DNA of 64,000 nucleotides from Candidatus Cloacimonadota bacterium. Lineage in GTDB: Bacteria; Cloacimonadota; Cloacimonadia; JGIOTU-2. The first letter of the stretch is position 1. The number at the start of each line of letters is the position of its first letter. The DNA is taken from NCBI GenBank assembly GCA_049903315.1, contig JBNGBT010000002.1, positions 64,001 to 128,000 on the forward strand, given 5' to 3'. The position numbers and the translations under genes are program-made. Positions 46,946-57,155 of this stretch are shown here, in pieces. Below the pieces are notes generated by a model, which worked only from the letters and a program-made list of their open reading frames with translations, did not search any database and was not told the origin of the DNA.

Positions 46946-49404
46946 AAAAAACAACCTTAATCATCGGTTTGTTATGCTTGGTTTCTTCCTTCGCCCTTGC
47001 TTACGAAGCGGAGGACATCTCACTTGCCAACTGGAAAGTTTTTACTAATACCACATATATACATCAGCTGATCTGCAATGGAGATTCAGTGGTTTCGGCT
47101 TCATGGGGAGGAGTAAGCATTTATGACACACAGCACGGCACATTTACGCCAATCACAAAAGGTGATGGGCTTGCAAAAAATGAGTTGTGGTCTGTACATT
47201 ACATTCCCGCGATCAATGAATACTGGTTTGGCACATTTACGCAGGGGATAATGCGTATGCAGGATGGAGAGCTGCTCAAACCATATCAGGCAAATCAAGG
47301 AATAGACGGCTATTTTATATATGATATTGATGATAATGATGAGTATATTTTTGTTGCATCTGAAAACGGGCTTTCTATGTTTGAGATCCTTTTAGGCGGC
47401 AAGCCAATATTTAAAAAAACTTTCATTGCACCGCGATGGATTTCCAACAACAAAGTGAATAGCATTGCGATTGATGATAACGATCGGATCTGGATTGCAA
47501 CAGATGCAGGAATTGATTATACTGATATAGTATATGATGAGATGATATTGAGTGAGAATTGGCATCATATCTCAACATCTACACCCGGCTATCCACTTTC
47601 CGGTGATAAGATAACAACGATAGCTTATCAAAATTCCAGGATATATTTTGGAACAGAGAATGGCTTTGCTTACATTAAAGATATCTATGCAGATACATTT
47701 GAATATAAGGCATTCAATGTGAGCCTTCCAAGCTCTTACATTCAGGATATTCAGCCTGTATCAGATTCCTTATTTCTTGTGGCTTTTGGCCGGTTTGATG
47801 ATGATGAACAGGCGATCCTCAACGCTGCTGGAGTTAGTCAATATTCATATAGTGGAACTCAATGGACAGCACAGCACTGGGATGAAGACAGTGATTTTGT
47901 CGATCAAGTATCTGATATTACGCTTGACGAGGAACAAACCATATGGGTTTCAACTTGGGGAAATGATCTCTACAGAAAAGTGCTTCAGGACAATGAATGG
48001 CAGAATGTCAAACGCAATTGCCTTGGTTTCAATTTTGCTTCCTATGCTTTCATTGATTACGAACAAAGGTTATGGGTAGCGAGTGGTATTATAGGATTTG
48101 GTGCGCGTCAGGGAGTGAAAGGAATTTCTGTATTCTCTGAAAATGTATGGACAACATACGATATTGATAACAGCAAACTCGTTGGCAATAAATCATTTCG
48201 GATTACACAGGATCTCGAGAATAGAATTTGGATTGGTGACTGGAATAAGGGCATTACACGTATCTCTGATTATGGAGAAGAAACTGAGCTTTGGCAAACC
48301 ATCACAAACAGCCCAACATGTGATGTGCCCGGCATAATCGAGGAGAATACTACTTCATTCTTGCAGAGGGACGAGTATGGTAATATGTGGATTGGGGACT
48401 ATAATAGAAGTATTAAAATTGTTGTGAATGATGACAGCGTCTATAGCTTTGAAGCATTTATTCCTTCTTCACACCCCAGCCACAAGCAAGATCCGATCTC
48501 AATCCTGTTCCTTCCGTATAATCAAGTATGGTTTGGTGCATACTTCAGTGGAATGCGATACTGGAATGGTACTGTTTTTCCTGAAACTCAAGATATTTTT
48601 TTCCCTGAAGGTAATCCTTCTTTCTCCGGTCCTATTCTCAGTATAGCATATCAGGACTCTGATGAAGGGCGTTACCTCTGGGCTTGCGGTGTCGATGGAT
48701 TGTATATGTATGATTTTTACTGGCAGCAGTGGTTCCGCTACACGAACGGGCTTGTCGAAGATGTAAAAATGTATCGCTGGAATGGCATCGAGTGGGAAAA
48801 TTACGACTATTACTGGTATGATGAAGAGGGCAATCCTGAGTCACGAATGGGTGCAGGGAAATCGAGTCAGATCAATCAGGTATATGTGGATCAACACGGG
48901 CGCAAATGGATTGCGACTAATGGTGGAGGGATCTCGATGCTCGATGAAGAAAATTACACATTTACAAACTTTACCACCGAAAATTCATCACTTCCAAGTG
49001 ATGTGGTACTCTCATTTGCTCATGATATCTATACTGGTGAACTCTACGTTGGTACTGCTGAGGGGATGTGTGTATTTAACATTGGCGCTCAAATCAATAA
49101 CGGACAAGGAACTGGTAGCATCAAAGATGTGGTTATTTATCCAAATCCCTTCAAGCCGAACGAGCATTCATATATTTATTTTGAATCCAGCCCATACACA
49201 AAACTCCCGACCGGCGAAAATATGCTCTACGTGTACAATCTCGCAGGTGAACTTGTTGTAGAAATTGAGGAATCAGATCATTTCAGATTTTTCTGGGATG
49301 GGAAGAACAATGGGAAAGAAGTTGCTAGCGGAATATATTTCTACGTGCTCTCATCAAAATCTGGAAAAACCTATTTAAACGGAAAATTTGCAATAATCCG
49401 TTAA
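46942..49404 (+). CDS. Secreted beta-propeller protein with C-terminal sorting domain (PorZ-like / two-component regulator propeller repeats)
   Basis: Signal peptide, repeated 'D...WIAT..G' blades, 'TENSSLPSD', C-terminal 'IYPNPF...YNLAGELV...WDGKN.GKEVASGIY'. Confidence 0.7.
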   Translation: MKKTTLIIGLLCLVSSFALAYEAEDISLANWKVFTNTTYIHQLICNGDSVVSASWGGVSIYDTQHGTFTPITKGDGLAKNELWSVHYIPAINEYWFGTFTQGIMRMQDGELLKPYQANQGIDGYFIYDIDDNDEYIFVASENGLSMFEILLGGKPIFKKTFIAPRWISNNKVNSIAIDDNDRIWIATDAGIDYTDIVYDEMILSENWHHISTSTPGYPLSGDKITTIAYQNSRIYFGTENGFAYIKDIYADTFEYKAFNVSLPSSYIQDIQPVSDSLFLVAFGRFDDDEQAILNAAGVSQYSYSGTQWTAQHWDEDSDFVDQVSDITLDEEQTIWVSTWGNDLYRKVLQDNEWQNVKRNCLGFNFASYAFIDYEQRLWVASGIIGFGARQGVKGISVFSENVWTTYDIDNSKLVGNKSFRITQDLENRIWIGDWNKGITRISDYGEETELWQTITNSPTCDVPGIIEENTTSFLQRDEYGNMWIGDYNRSIKIVVNDDSVYSFEAFIPSSHPSHKQDPISILFLPYNQVWFGAYFSGMRYWNGTVFPETQDIFFPEGNPSFSGPILSIAYQDSDEGRYLWACGVDGLYMYDFYWQQWFRYTNGLVEDVKMYRWNGIEWENYDYYWYDEEGNPESRMGAGKSSQINQVYVDQHGRKWIATNGGGISMLDEENYTFTNFTTENSSLPSDVVLSFAHDIYTGELYVGTAEGMCVFNIGAQINNGQGTGSIKDVVIYPNPFKPNEHSYIYFESSPYTKLPTGENMLYVYNLAGELVVEIEESDHFRFFWDGKNNGKEVASGIYFYVLSSKSGKTYLNGKFAIIR

Positions 49405-49422
49405 CGTGCAATTGGAGTAAAA

Positions 49423-51495
49423 GTGGCTTTCCAGTTGTTCGATAATATACAGTTTGTTCCGGGAGTTGGACCAAAAAGAGCAAAACTTTTTAATAAATTA
49501 GGCATCAAAACTGTGAGGGATCTGCTCTTTTACTTTCCGAGAGATTATCTCAGTAAAATTTCTGACAAGCGTATCGCCGACCTCAAGATAAACGATATGG
49601 CAAGTGTAAAAGGGCGTATAACCGGCTTTGACACAAGAGGGAACCGATTTCAAAAGCAACAATTCCGGGTATTTATTTCTGACGGCACAGGTTATATTAC
49701 CCTGATGTGGTTCAGACCTACTCCCTGGCTTATCAAACAATTTGAAGTTGGAAAAGAAATTATAGTTCTTGGGAGAATTCAGTACTATTACAACAAGTTA
49801 TGTGTGATCCACCCTGACTTTGAGATCATTCAGGAAAAAGAAAAGAAAAGCTTCTGGGTCGAGCAGGATATTCTCCCTTTGTACACTCTCACTGAAGGGA
49901 TCTCGAATAAAGTAATACGGAAAATCGTTAGAAATGTAGTATCCGAGAACCTTTTCCTAGACGAAACCCTACCCGAATATATCCGACAAGAGAAGCAGCT
50001 TATACCCTTGAACGATGCCCTTCATAAAATTCACATTCCGGATTCTGATGAAGATATTGCAGTTTCCCGAAAACGATTTGTATTTGAGGAATTATTTTTT
50101 CTGGAGCTGATGCTTGCGCGAAAGAAAGTGAACTGGCATAAAGCTCCGGGCTGTTCCATGGAGTTGAAAAAAACATACACCACTAAGCTGAGAAAGGCAC
50201 TTCCGTTTACGCTCACGGATGCTCAAAAGCGTGTGCTCAATGAGATCGTGGAAGACATGAAATCACCTCACCAGATGAACAGACTCCTGCAGGGAGACGT
50301 GGGTTCCGGTAAAACAATTATTTCCATTTTTGCAATGCTGCTTGCAATTGAGAACGGTTTCCAGGCAGCGATCATGGCGCCTACAGAAATACTTGCTACT
50401 CAGCATTATTTCTCATTAAAGGGATTTCTTGAGAATTTCGGTTTACGAGTCGAACTTTTACTCGGAGGAGTATATGCGGGAAAGCAGGACATCAAAGCTG
50501 CAATAGAAAGCGGCGAGGTCAACATTGTCATCGGCACACACTCGCTTATTCAGAAGGATGTGAATTTCCAAAAACTTGGGATGATCGTGATTGATGAACA
50601 GCATCGATTCGGAGTCATGCAGCGCCTTTCACTTACTCAGAAAGGACAAACACCTGATAAATTGATCATGAGTGCAACACCGATTCCCCGCTCTCTTGCA
50701 CTTACAGTATATGGAGATCTAGATGTGAGTGTGATCGATGAACTTCCACCTTTTAAAAAGGAAATCTATACAAATTGGATTTCTTCAAACAAAAAAGCAC
50801 AAGTGTATGATTTTATCACAAAACAACTCAATATGGGACGTCAGGTGTATATTGTGTGCCCGCTTGTAGAAGAATCTGAGAAATCAGATCTCAGGGATGC
50901 GACTAATACCTACAAAGAACTGCAAAGTACTGTCTTTAAAAAGTACAATGTTGGGCTTCTTCACGGCAGGATGTCCAACCAGGAAAAAGACGAGATCATG
51001 CATGATTTCAAAGAACATAAAATAGACGTTCTGGTCTCTACCACTGTTATCGAAGTCGGTATTGATGTGCCGAATGCGACTATTATGATGATCGAGCATG
51101 CTGAGCGTTTCGGGCTGTCGCAACTTCATCAGCTTCGAGGGCGCGTAGGGAGGGGTGCTCATAAATCATATTGTGTGCTTGTGGCATACGAACCGATCAG
51201 CGAAGAAGCATTGACACGTCTCAACACAATGAAAGAAACGAATGATGGATTCCGAATTTCAGAGGTAGATCTTGAATTGCGTGGACCGGGTGAATTTTTC
51301 GGTACAAAGCAGTCAGGTTTGCCTGTATTTCGCATTGCAAATATAGTTCGTGACAGATCAGTTCTTGAAGAAGCGAGAAAGCTGGCTTTCGAAATTATCC
51401 AGAATGATTACACTCTTGATGATGTGAGAAATCGGGAATTGAAAGAAAAGTATACGAAGTATTATTTAAAAAGGGAGAAGTTGTTTAGTTATTAA
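49423..51495 (+). CDS. recG: ATP-dependent DNA helicase RecG
   Basis: GVGPKRA, FPRDY, RLLQGDVGSGKT, DEQHRFG, SATPIPR, QLHQLRGRVGRG; GTG start. Confidence 0.97.
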   Translation: MAFQLFDNIQFVPGVGPKRAKLFNKLGIKTVRDLLFYFPRDYLSKISDKRIADLKINDMASVKGRITGFDTRGNRFQKQQFRVFISDGTGYITLMWFRPTPWLIKQFEVGKEIIVLGRIQYYYNKLCVIHPDFEIIQEKEKKSFWVEQDILPLYTLTEGISNKVIRKIVRNVVSENLFLDETLPEYIRQEKQLIPLNDALHKIHIPDSDEDIAVSRKRFVFEELFFLELMLARKKVNWHKAPGCSMELKKTYTTKLRKALPFTLTDAQKRVLNEIVEDMKSPHQMNRLLQGDVGSGKTIISIFAMLLAIENGFQAAIMAPTEILATQHYFSLKGFLENFGLRVELLLGGVYAGKQDIKAAIESGEVNIVIGTHSLIQKDVNFQKLGMIVIDEQHRFGVMQRLSLTQKGQTPDKLIMSATPIPRSLALTVYGDLDVSVIDELPPFKKEIYTNWISSNKKAQVYDFITKQLNMGRQVYIVCPLVEESEKSDLRDATNTYKELQSTVFKKYNVGLLHGRMSNQEKDEIMHDFKEHKIDVLVSTTVIEVGIDVPNATIMMIEHAERFGLSQLHQLRGRVGRGAHKSYCVLVAYEPISEEALTRLNTMKETNDGFRISEVDLELRGPGEFFGTKQSGLPVFRIANIVRDRSVLEEARKLAFEIIQNDYTLDDVRNRELKEKYTKYYLKREKLFSY

Positions 51496-51535
51496 GCGTT
51501 GAATTGATTAATTACTTTGATAAAAAATTAATAAC

Positions 51536-52777
51536 CTATTCTTTCTTGGTTGATTTCAATATAGTTGTAACAAAATTCTCTTTATCAAATATTCTATGAG
51601 CAACCCGTTGAATGTCTTCGGGAGTAATTTTCTCTATCTGCGCAATCACCTGATCTATTGTATTGATCTTTTTATTATATATGTACTGCTTTGCAAGACG
51701 ATTCATACGCGCAGAGGTGCTCTCAAGTCCGATCAAAATGCTTGATTTAAGCAATGCTTTTGTGCGTTCGAGCTCTAAGTCTTCGACGGGTTTCTCACGA
51801 AAAGTTTGTATTTCTTTATTGATCAATTCAATACTTTTCTTGCTGTTTTTAGGATTGGTGGCAGCATACACGCCTATACATCCAGTATCATGAAAAAAGT
51901 CTGCAAATGAACCAATATCATAAGAAATTCCATGCTTTTCCCGGATATTTTGAAAGAGGCGCGAACTCATTCCGCCTGAGAGGATTGCATTAAGCGTGAG
52001 AAGTATATATCGATCCTTGTCTGTATAAGGGAAAGTGCGTGTGCCAATACATGCATGTGACTGATGATTTGCATTTTTTGTATAAATATTTTTATATTTC
52101 TTTATTGATTCTAGGGGGCTCAAGATTCGTTTCGATGCAGTGGATGGCTTATCAAAGTTAAAATATTTTTCCGCAAAACGCACCAGCTTTTGATGGTCAA
52201 TATACCCTGATACTGAAATAATAATTCGCTCTGATTTATAATTTTTGGACATGAAAGAAGTGCAGGTAGATTTTTCAAAATTAGTTACTTCATCTTTGTA
52301 ACCTACGATCGGGTAACCAAGTGAGTTTTCCGGGAACATATTCTCATAAAAATAATCGAAGATCAGATCTCCGGGTGTATCTTGAATATCATTAATCTCA
52401 TCTATAACGACTTCCTTTTCTTTTTGCAATTCATTATCAGGAAAAGTGGAGTGGAGAAGCAGGTCCGAAATGAGGTCAATACTTTGCTCAAGATATTCTT
52501 CCAGGCATCGTGCATAGATACATGTATATTCTTTGCTTGTAAATGCATTTATTGATCCGCCGAGAGATTCCAGATAATTAGCAATCTCAGTTTTCGAGCG
52601 GGATTCTGTACCCTTAAACAGCATATGCTCAAGAAAATGAGCAATACCTCGATTATGTGCCACTTCATCACGTGACCCGGCATTGATCCATACACCGATA
52701 GAAATTGAGCGCACATGCTCGATATGTTCCGAAAGCACAGTTATACCATTATCCAAAATCGTTTTTTTATAACTCAT
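51536..52777 (-). CDS. M16 family (pitrilysin-like) zinc peptidase
   Basis: GSRDE, HFLEHMLFKGT (HxxEH), NAFTSKE, SSRLFQNIREK.G. Confidence 0.92.
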   Translation of the reverse strand: MSYKKTILDNGITVLSEHIEHVRSISIGVWINAGSRDEVAHNRGIAHFLEHMLFKGTESRSKTEIANYLESLGGSINAFTSKEYTCIYARCLEEYLEQSIDLISDLLLHSTFPDNELQKEKEVVIDEINDIQDTPGDLIFDYFYENMFPENSLGYPIVGYKDEVTNFEKSTCTSFMSKNYKSERIIISVSGYIDHQKLVRFAEKYFNFDKPSTASKRILSPLESIKKYKNIYTKNANHQSHACIGTRTFPYTDKDRYILLTLNAILSGGMSSRLFQNIREKHGISYDIGSFADFFHDTGCIGVYAATNPKNSKKSIELINKEIQTFREKPVEDLELERTKALLKSSILIGLESTSARMNRLAKQYIYNKKINTIDQVIAQIEKITPEDIQRVAHRIFDKENFVTTILKSTKKE

Positions 52778-52778
52778 T

Positions 52779-53267
52779 TTATTTCTTTTCTGTGTATTTT
52801 TCCGCCATTTTATCGCTTATTGATTTGGGAACATATTCCTTTATGCATCCGCCGGTGCTGATTATTTGTTTTACCAAGCTTGAGCTGAGATAGAGATATT
52901 TACTCTGAGGAATAAGGAAAATTGTTTCCACATCTGCGGCAAGTGTTCTATTTGCAAGAGCAATTTGCAGCTCATACTCAAAATCCGATACAGCCCGAAG
53001 ACCTCGGATCATTACCGAACTGTCCTTCTTCAGTACATAATTAACTGCGAGACCTGAAAAGGATTCTACATGCACGTTAGGAATATGCTTTGTTCCTTCC
53101 TTAACGAGCTCGACTCTTTCGCTCAAAGTAAATAGGCATTCTTTATATGTTTCTTCTGCGACGCCAATTATCACTTTATTAAATATTTTAGCAGCACGTT
53201 CTATAATATCAATGTGCCCGTTGGTAATCGGATCAAAAGTACCGGGATAAATTGCTATTTCTTTCAT
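52779..53267 (-). CDS. coaD: Phosphopantetheine adenylyltransferase
   Basis: YPGTFDPITNGH, RGLRAVSDFEYE, SSSLVK. Confidence 0.97.
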   Translation of the reverse strand: MKEIAIYPGTFDPITNGHIDIIERAAKIFNKVIIGVAEETYKECLFTLSERVELVKEGTKHIPNVHVESFSGLAVNYVLKKDSSVMIRGLRAVSDFEYELQIALANRTLAADVETIFLIPQSKYLYLSSSLVKQIISTGGCIKEYVPKSISDKMAEKYTEKK

Positions 53268-53275
53268 GTTTTTCC

Positions 53276-54505
53276 TTACTTTTTCATGATATTTTCTATG
53301 TCGGATATTTCTTTGGGTATATCTTTTGAAAGGTTCTCATGCCCGTCTTTCGTGATAAGAATATCATCTTCGATCCTTACTCCAATACCCTCTTCTGGAA
53401 TATAAATGCCGGGTTCAACAGTGATAACAGTTCCTTCTGCCAACGTCTTCGATCGATCGACAGGATCATGTGCTGCAAGTCCCAACATATGACTGACACC
53501 ATGCATATAATATTTCTTAAATTCCTCATCCTTTTTGATAAGATTTAATTTCTTGAGTGCAACTTTCATGAGTTTGATGGTCTCATCCTGAAGATCCTTC
53601 AAGGAAAGTCCGGGTTTCACTTTTTTAATGATCGCTTTGTTTATTTTCAGTACTTCTTCATAAACCTCTTTTTGACGAGTGGAGAACGTGCCATTTGCAG
53701 GGAATGTTCGTGTAATATCAGCACAATATTCGTTCCACTTAGCCCCCACATCAACAAGCACAAGATCATTTTTTCCGACTTTACTGTTATTCTTTTCGTA
53801 ATGCAGTATCGTAGCGTTTTTACCACTTGCGATAATAGGGAAGAATGCCATTTGCTTGGCATTATTCTTAACACAACCAAATCGGAAATATGCTTCAAGT
53901 TCATATTCCATCATTCCCGGTTTTGTATTTTTCATCAGATTGATAATCGCATGATGAGTGATACGAATCGCTTCTTGCATCTCTTTGATCTCATCATTTT
54001 TTTTGATCGATCTGAGTTGTGTTAAGAATCGTCCTGGGTGAAGTATCTTTAACGCAGGATAATGAGAAGTAATTTCTTTAATTTGATAGAGTGAATCAGT
54101 AAGATTTGCTCCGATCTTGTTTGCGTCATGGTCATAAAAACATACTTCACTAGTGAGTACAATGTTATGGAACACACTTGAGAATTCATCAATGTAAAAT
54201 ACTTTCTCAACACCAGAAATTTCTTTTACTTGTTCCTTTGATATTTTCTTTCCAATCCAGACTTCCATTTCCGGAATGTTGCGTTCAATAAAGATAATTG
54301 ATTGGTTGGCCTTTCCATGCTTTGCCATAATGAGCTGAGCATTTGCTACTTTGAGTCCGGTCATATAAAAGAAGTTTGCATTTTGTTCGAAATCAACTGG
54401 CAGATTTCCCGAGTCGGAAACAGTTGCAGAGAAAACTGCAATACTCTTATCAGGTAAAAGTCCAAAGAGTTCTTTTCTATTCGATGTGAAGAATTGTTTA
54501 TCCAT
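53276..54505 (-). CDS. pepP: Xaa-Pro aminopeptidase (M24B)
   Basis: N-domain QNANFFYMTG; LHY, D.G...Y.ADITRT, HGVSHMLGL..HD, TVEPGIY, GVRIEDD. Confidence 0.9.
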   Translation of the reverse strand: MDKQFFTSNRKELFGLLPDKSIAVFSATVSDSGNLPVDFEQNANFFYMTGLKVANAQLIMAKHGKANQSIIFIERNIPEMEVWIGKKISKEQVKEISGVEKVFYIDEFSSVFHNIVLTSEVCFYDHDANKIGANLTDSLYQIKEITSHYPALKILHPGRFLTQLRSIKKNDEIKEMQEAIRITHHAIINLMKNTKPGMMEYELEAYFRFGCVKNNAKQMAFFPIIASGKNATILHYEKNNSKVGKNDLVLVDVGAKWNEYCADITRTFPANGTFSTRQKEVYEEVLKINKAIIKKVKPGLSLKDLQDETIKLMKVALKKLNLIKKDEEFKKYYMHGVSHMLGLAAHDPVDRSKTLAEGTVITVEPGIYIPEEGIGVRIEDDILITKDGHENLSKDIPKEISDIENIMKK

Positions 54506-54646
54506 GTATCCTTCCTGAATATTTTTTCACAAAAGTTTGCATTGGCATTGAGATTGGCAATATTTTTATTTTCTATTGATCGAGATTATTGATTTTCTAA
54601 TCTCTATGAAATGCTAACTGTTGTGATGTGAGATCCATCAAATCAG

Positions 54647-55660
54647 CTAAATAACAGAACCGTAAAAGCTTTTTCTCATAATCCTCAACACATTATCCAT
54701 ATCCTGGGGGATGGGACTGGTGACAAAAATCGTTTTTTTCGTGATCGGGTGAATGAACTCGAGTTGGTGCGCATGAAGTGCCTGTCTTCTCAATGTATTC
54801 ATGATCAAATGTCTAACTATCTTTTTTGTTCTTTCCGGTACAAGATTGACCATCTGTTTTTGTGTCGAATATAATGTGTCACCCAAAACAGGATGTGTGA
54901 GATAAGAAAAATGGACCCGGATCTGGTGAGTTCTTCCTGTTTCTAAAATAATCTTCGTAATATCGAGACCGGGGTATGTTTCAATTACTTCATAATGAGT
55001 GACTGCGAGTTTTCCTTCTTCGAGGACAGCCATTTTTCTGCTATTTTCAGGATTTCTTCCAAACATAGTGCGGATCGTTCCTTCAGGAGAAGTAAGATTT
55101 CCCATTGTGAACGCAATATATATTTTTTGGATCTCGTGGTTCGCAAAGAGATCTTTTAATTTTGCATGAACGAGATCATTCTTTGCAACGATTATCAAGC
55201 CGGATGTGTCCTTATCAAGCCGATGGACGATGCCCGGTCGTAGAGGATCGTCAGGTGATGAGAGGTGCTTTAGGTGGTACATTATCGCATTCACAAGCGT
55301 ACCATGGTAATGCCCGGGTGCAGGATGCACGACCATGCCTGCAGGCTTATCAATAATTGCAAGGTGCTCATCCTCATAGACAAAGGAAAGCTCAATATTT
55401 TCCGGTAAAATGTCCTTTTTTGTGGGTGGGGGTATTTTGACGTGTATCAACTGATCTTTGTGAACGTGTTCGCTTTTCTTTACGATTTTTCCATCAAGAG
55501 TCACAAATCCTTTTTTTAATAAACGATCAATAAAAGACCGGGAGTAGAGTTCATTGATATTCAGGTTTGCTAAATATTTATCAATCCTGATGATGTCATC
55601 TGTGCGTACCGCAAATGTCAATTCTCGTTCACATCTATCCTTCTGTTCTTGATTTTCCAT
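54647..55660 (-). CDS. RluA/RluD family 23S rRNA pseudouridine synthase with S4 domain
   Basis: RIDKYL, KPAGMVVHP, GIVHRLDKDTSG, TGRTHQIRVH, QALHA; ATG at 55660 preferred. Confidence 0.92.
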   Translation of the reverse strand: MENQEQKDRCERELTFAVRTDDIIRIDKYLANLNINELYSRSFIDRLLKKGFVTLDGKIVKKSEHVHKDQLIHVKIPPPTKKDILPENIELSFVYEDEHLAIIDKPAGMVVHPAPGHYHGTLVNAIMYHLKHLSSPDDPLRPGIVHRLDKDTSGLIIVAKNDLVHAKLKDLFANHEIQKIYIAFTMGNLTSPEGTIRTMFGRNPENSRKMAVLEEGKLAVTHYEVIETYPGLDITKIILETGRTHQIRVHFSYLTHPVLGDTLYSTQKQMVNLVPERTKKIVRHLIMNTLRRQALHAHQLEFIHPITKKTIFVTSPIPQDMDNVLRIMRKSFYGSVI

Positions 55661-56408
55661 CTTCAGTACTGGGAGATTCATATAATTTTTTTAGGTCAAT
55701 GCCTGTGATGACAAAGACCATTCCTGTCACAATTCCGTCTTCATTGTGGATAATACCCACATGAAATGTTACATGCTTTTTTATTTTTGGAATGTAAATT
55801 TTTCGTTCTGCGATAAGGATTTTCTGAGAAACAGCTTCTTGGAAAAATTTGAGAACTTCACCTTCATAATGAAAATCAAGAAGTGGGGGATTATTATCTA
55901 CAGAAGCCAGTCCGAGTAATTTTTGAGCATGTCTGTCTATCATCACGATCTCATCTTTATCATTTGTAATGAGGATGCCGTCATCAGTGTTTTCGAGTAT
56001 CACATTAAGGCGGTGAGCATACTCCTGGATTTTACTTTTTTTCTCTTTATCAAACTGTTTCAGATTTGTTATCATCATATTCGTCGCGCTTATAAGTGCA
56101 GCAACCGGTCCATGGTGATATTCTTCCGGGACAGTAATATCGAATTTACCTCTTTTAAGCTCTTCAAAAACAGATTCGATAGGTTTGAGTGAATCCTGAA
56201 GTAACATAGGAACATAGAAAAGAAGCACGATACCGAGGATAACTTCAATAAACAGGAAAATATATTGAATAGTCATTATCCGATCTTTGATCACTTCGTG
56301 AATGAGTGTATTATTCAATTTGTAAAGAACAAAAGCAGCGTTGGCGATAATAAAAATTAGAAGAATAATAACAATGATACGAAGTTTGCTCTGAAATGTT
56401 AAATGCAT
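55635..56408 (-). CDS. Membrane protein with 2 TM, HAMP-like and PAS-like domains, no evident output domain
   Basis: Two TM segments; 'LKPI....EELKRGKFD....ATNMM...L' HAMP pattern; 'ILENTDDGILITN....A..LLG' PAS pattern; stops soon after the PAS domain; ATG 56408 has a GGGAG SD. Confidence 0.65.
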   Translation of the reverse strand: MHLTFQSKLRIIVIILLIFIIANAAFVLYKLNNTLIHEVIKDRIMTIQYIFLFIEVILGIVLLFYVPMLLQDSLKPIESVFEELKRGKFDITVPEEYHHGPVAALISATNMMITNLKQFDKEKKSKIQEYAHRLNVILENTDDGILITNDKDEIVMIDRHAQKLLGLASVDNNPPLLDFHYEGEVLKFFQEAVSQKILIAERKIYIPKIKKHVTFHVGIIHNEDGIVTGMVFVITGIDLKKLYESPSTEDGKSRTEG

Positions 56409-56423
56409 GGAAACTCCCAAAAA

Positions 56424-57134
56424 TTAATCTTTCATCTTTTGCTTTTCAGCAATTTTAATCAAGGCATCAACATCATTATTTTTGCCGATGATAATTATTT
56501 TATCAGATTTATGAAGTACATCATCAGCTGAGGGAAGCACATTTGTTTCTTCGAGAAGGATATTATTTCCTTGTTCGTCGACAGTTGGTTTCGTGCTTTT
56601 TATCGCAATAATGCTGATATTGTATTTATTTCGAACATCAAGGGTTTTGAGACTTTTTCCCACAAAGAAAGAAGGAACAGCAATTTCGACGACACTATGT
56701 TCTTTGGAAATTTCAGTATACGTAAAAATGTGTTGGGAGATCAACAGGTTTGCAATCTCGCGTCCAACATATTGTTCAGGGAAAATTGTGCGTTGAACTC
56801 CCATAATTGAGAGAATTCGTGCATGGAGTTCACTGTCGACCTTTGCCATGATCTTACCTACGCCGATCTTTCTGAGAATGGCTGCCGTCAGCACACTCAC
56901 TTCAATATTTTCTCCGATTGCGATAACTACTGCATCGACATTACCGATATCGATGGCGCGGAGTGCTTGTTCATCAGTTGAATCCAGGCATACCGAATTT
57001 GTTACAAATGTACGTGCTTCTTCTACCTTTTTTTCATCATTATCTATAGCGATAACTTCAGCACCCTTTTTCACAAGGGTTTCTGCGATAGTAACACCAA
57101 ATCTTCCTAAACCGATTACAGCAAATTGAGCCAT
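56424..57134 (-). CDS. KtrA/TrkA-family potassium uptake regulatory subunit
   Basis: FAVIGLGRFG RCK-N motif, 'IFPE', RCK-C 'GKSLKTLDVR'. Confidence 0.92.
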   Translation of the reverse strand: MAQFAVIGLGRFGVTIAETLVKKGAEVIAIDNDEKKVEEARTFVTNSVCLDSTDEQALRAIDIGNVDAVVIAIGENIEVSVLTAAILRKIGVGKIMAKVDSELHARILSIMGVQRTIFPEQYVGREIANLLISQHIFTYTEISKEHSVVEIAVPSFFVGKSLKTLDVRNKYNISIIAIKSTKPTVDEQGNNILLEETNVLPSADDVLHKSDKIIIIGKNNDVDALIKIAEKQKMKD

Positions 57135-57155
57135 TGTTCCTCCGAAAATTTATCC

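Noticed and set aside
51496..51535. Bidirectional terminator between convergent recG and the M16 peptidase gene
   Set aside because: The 40-nt AT-rich gap has no convincing stem.
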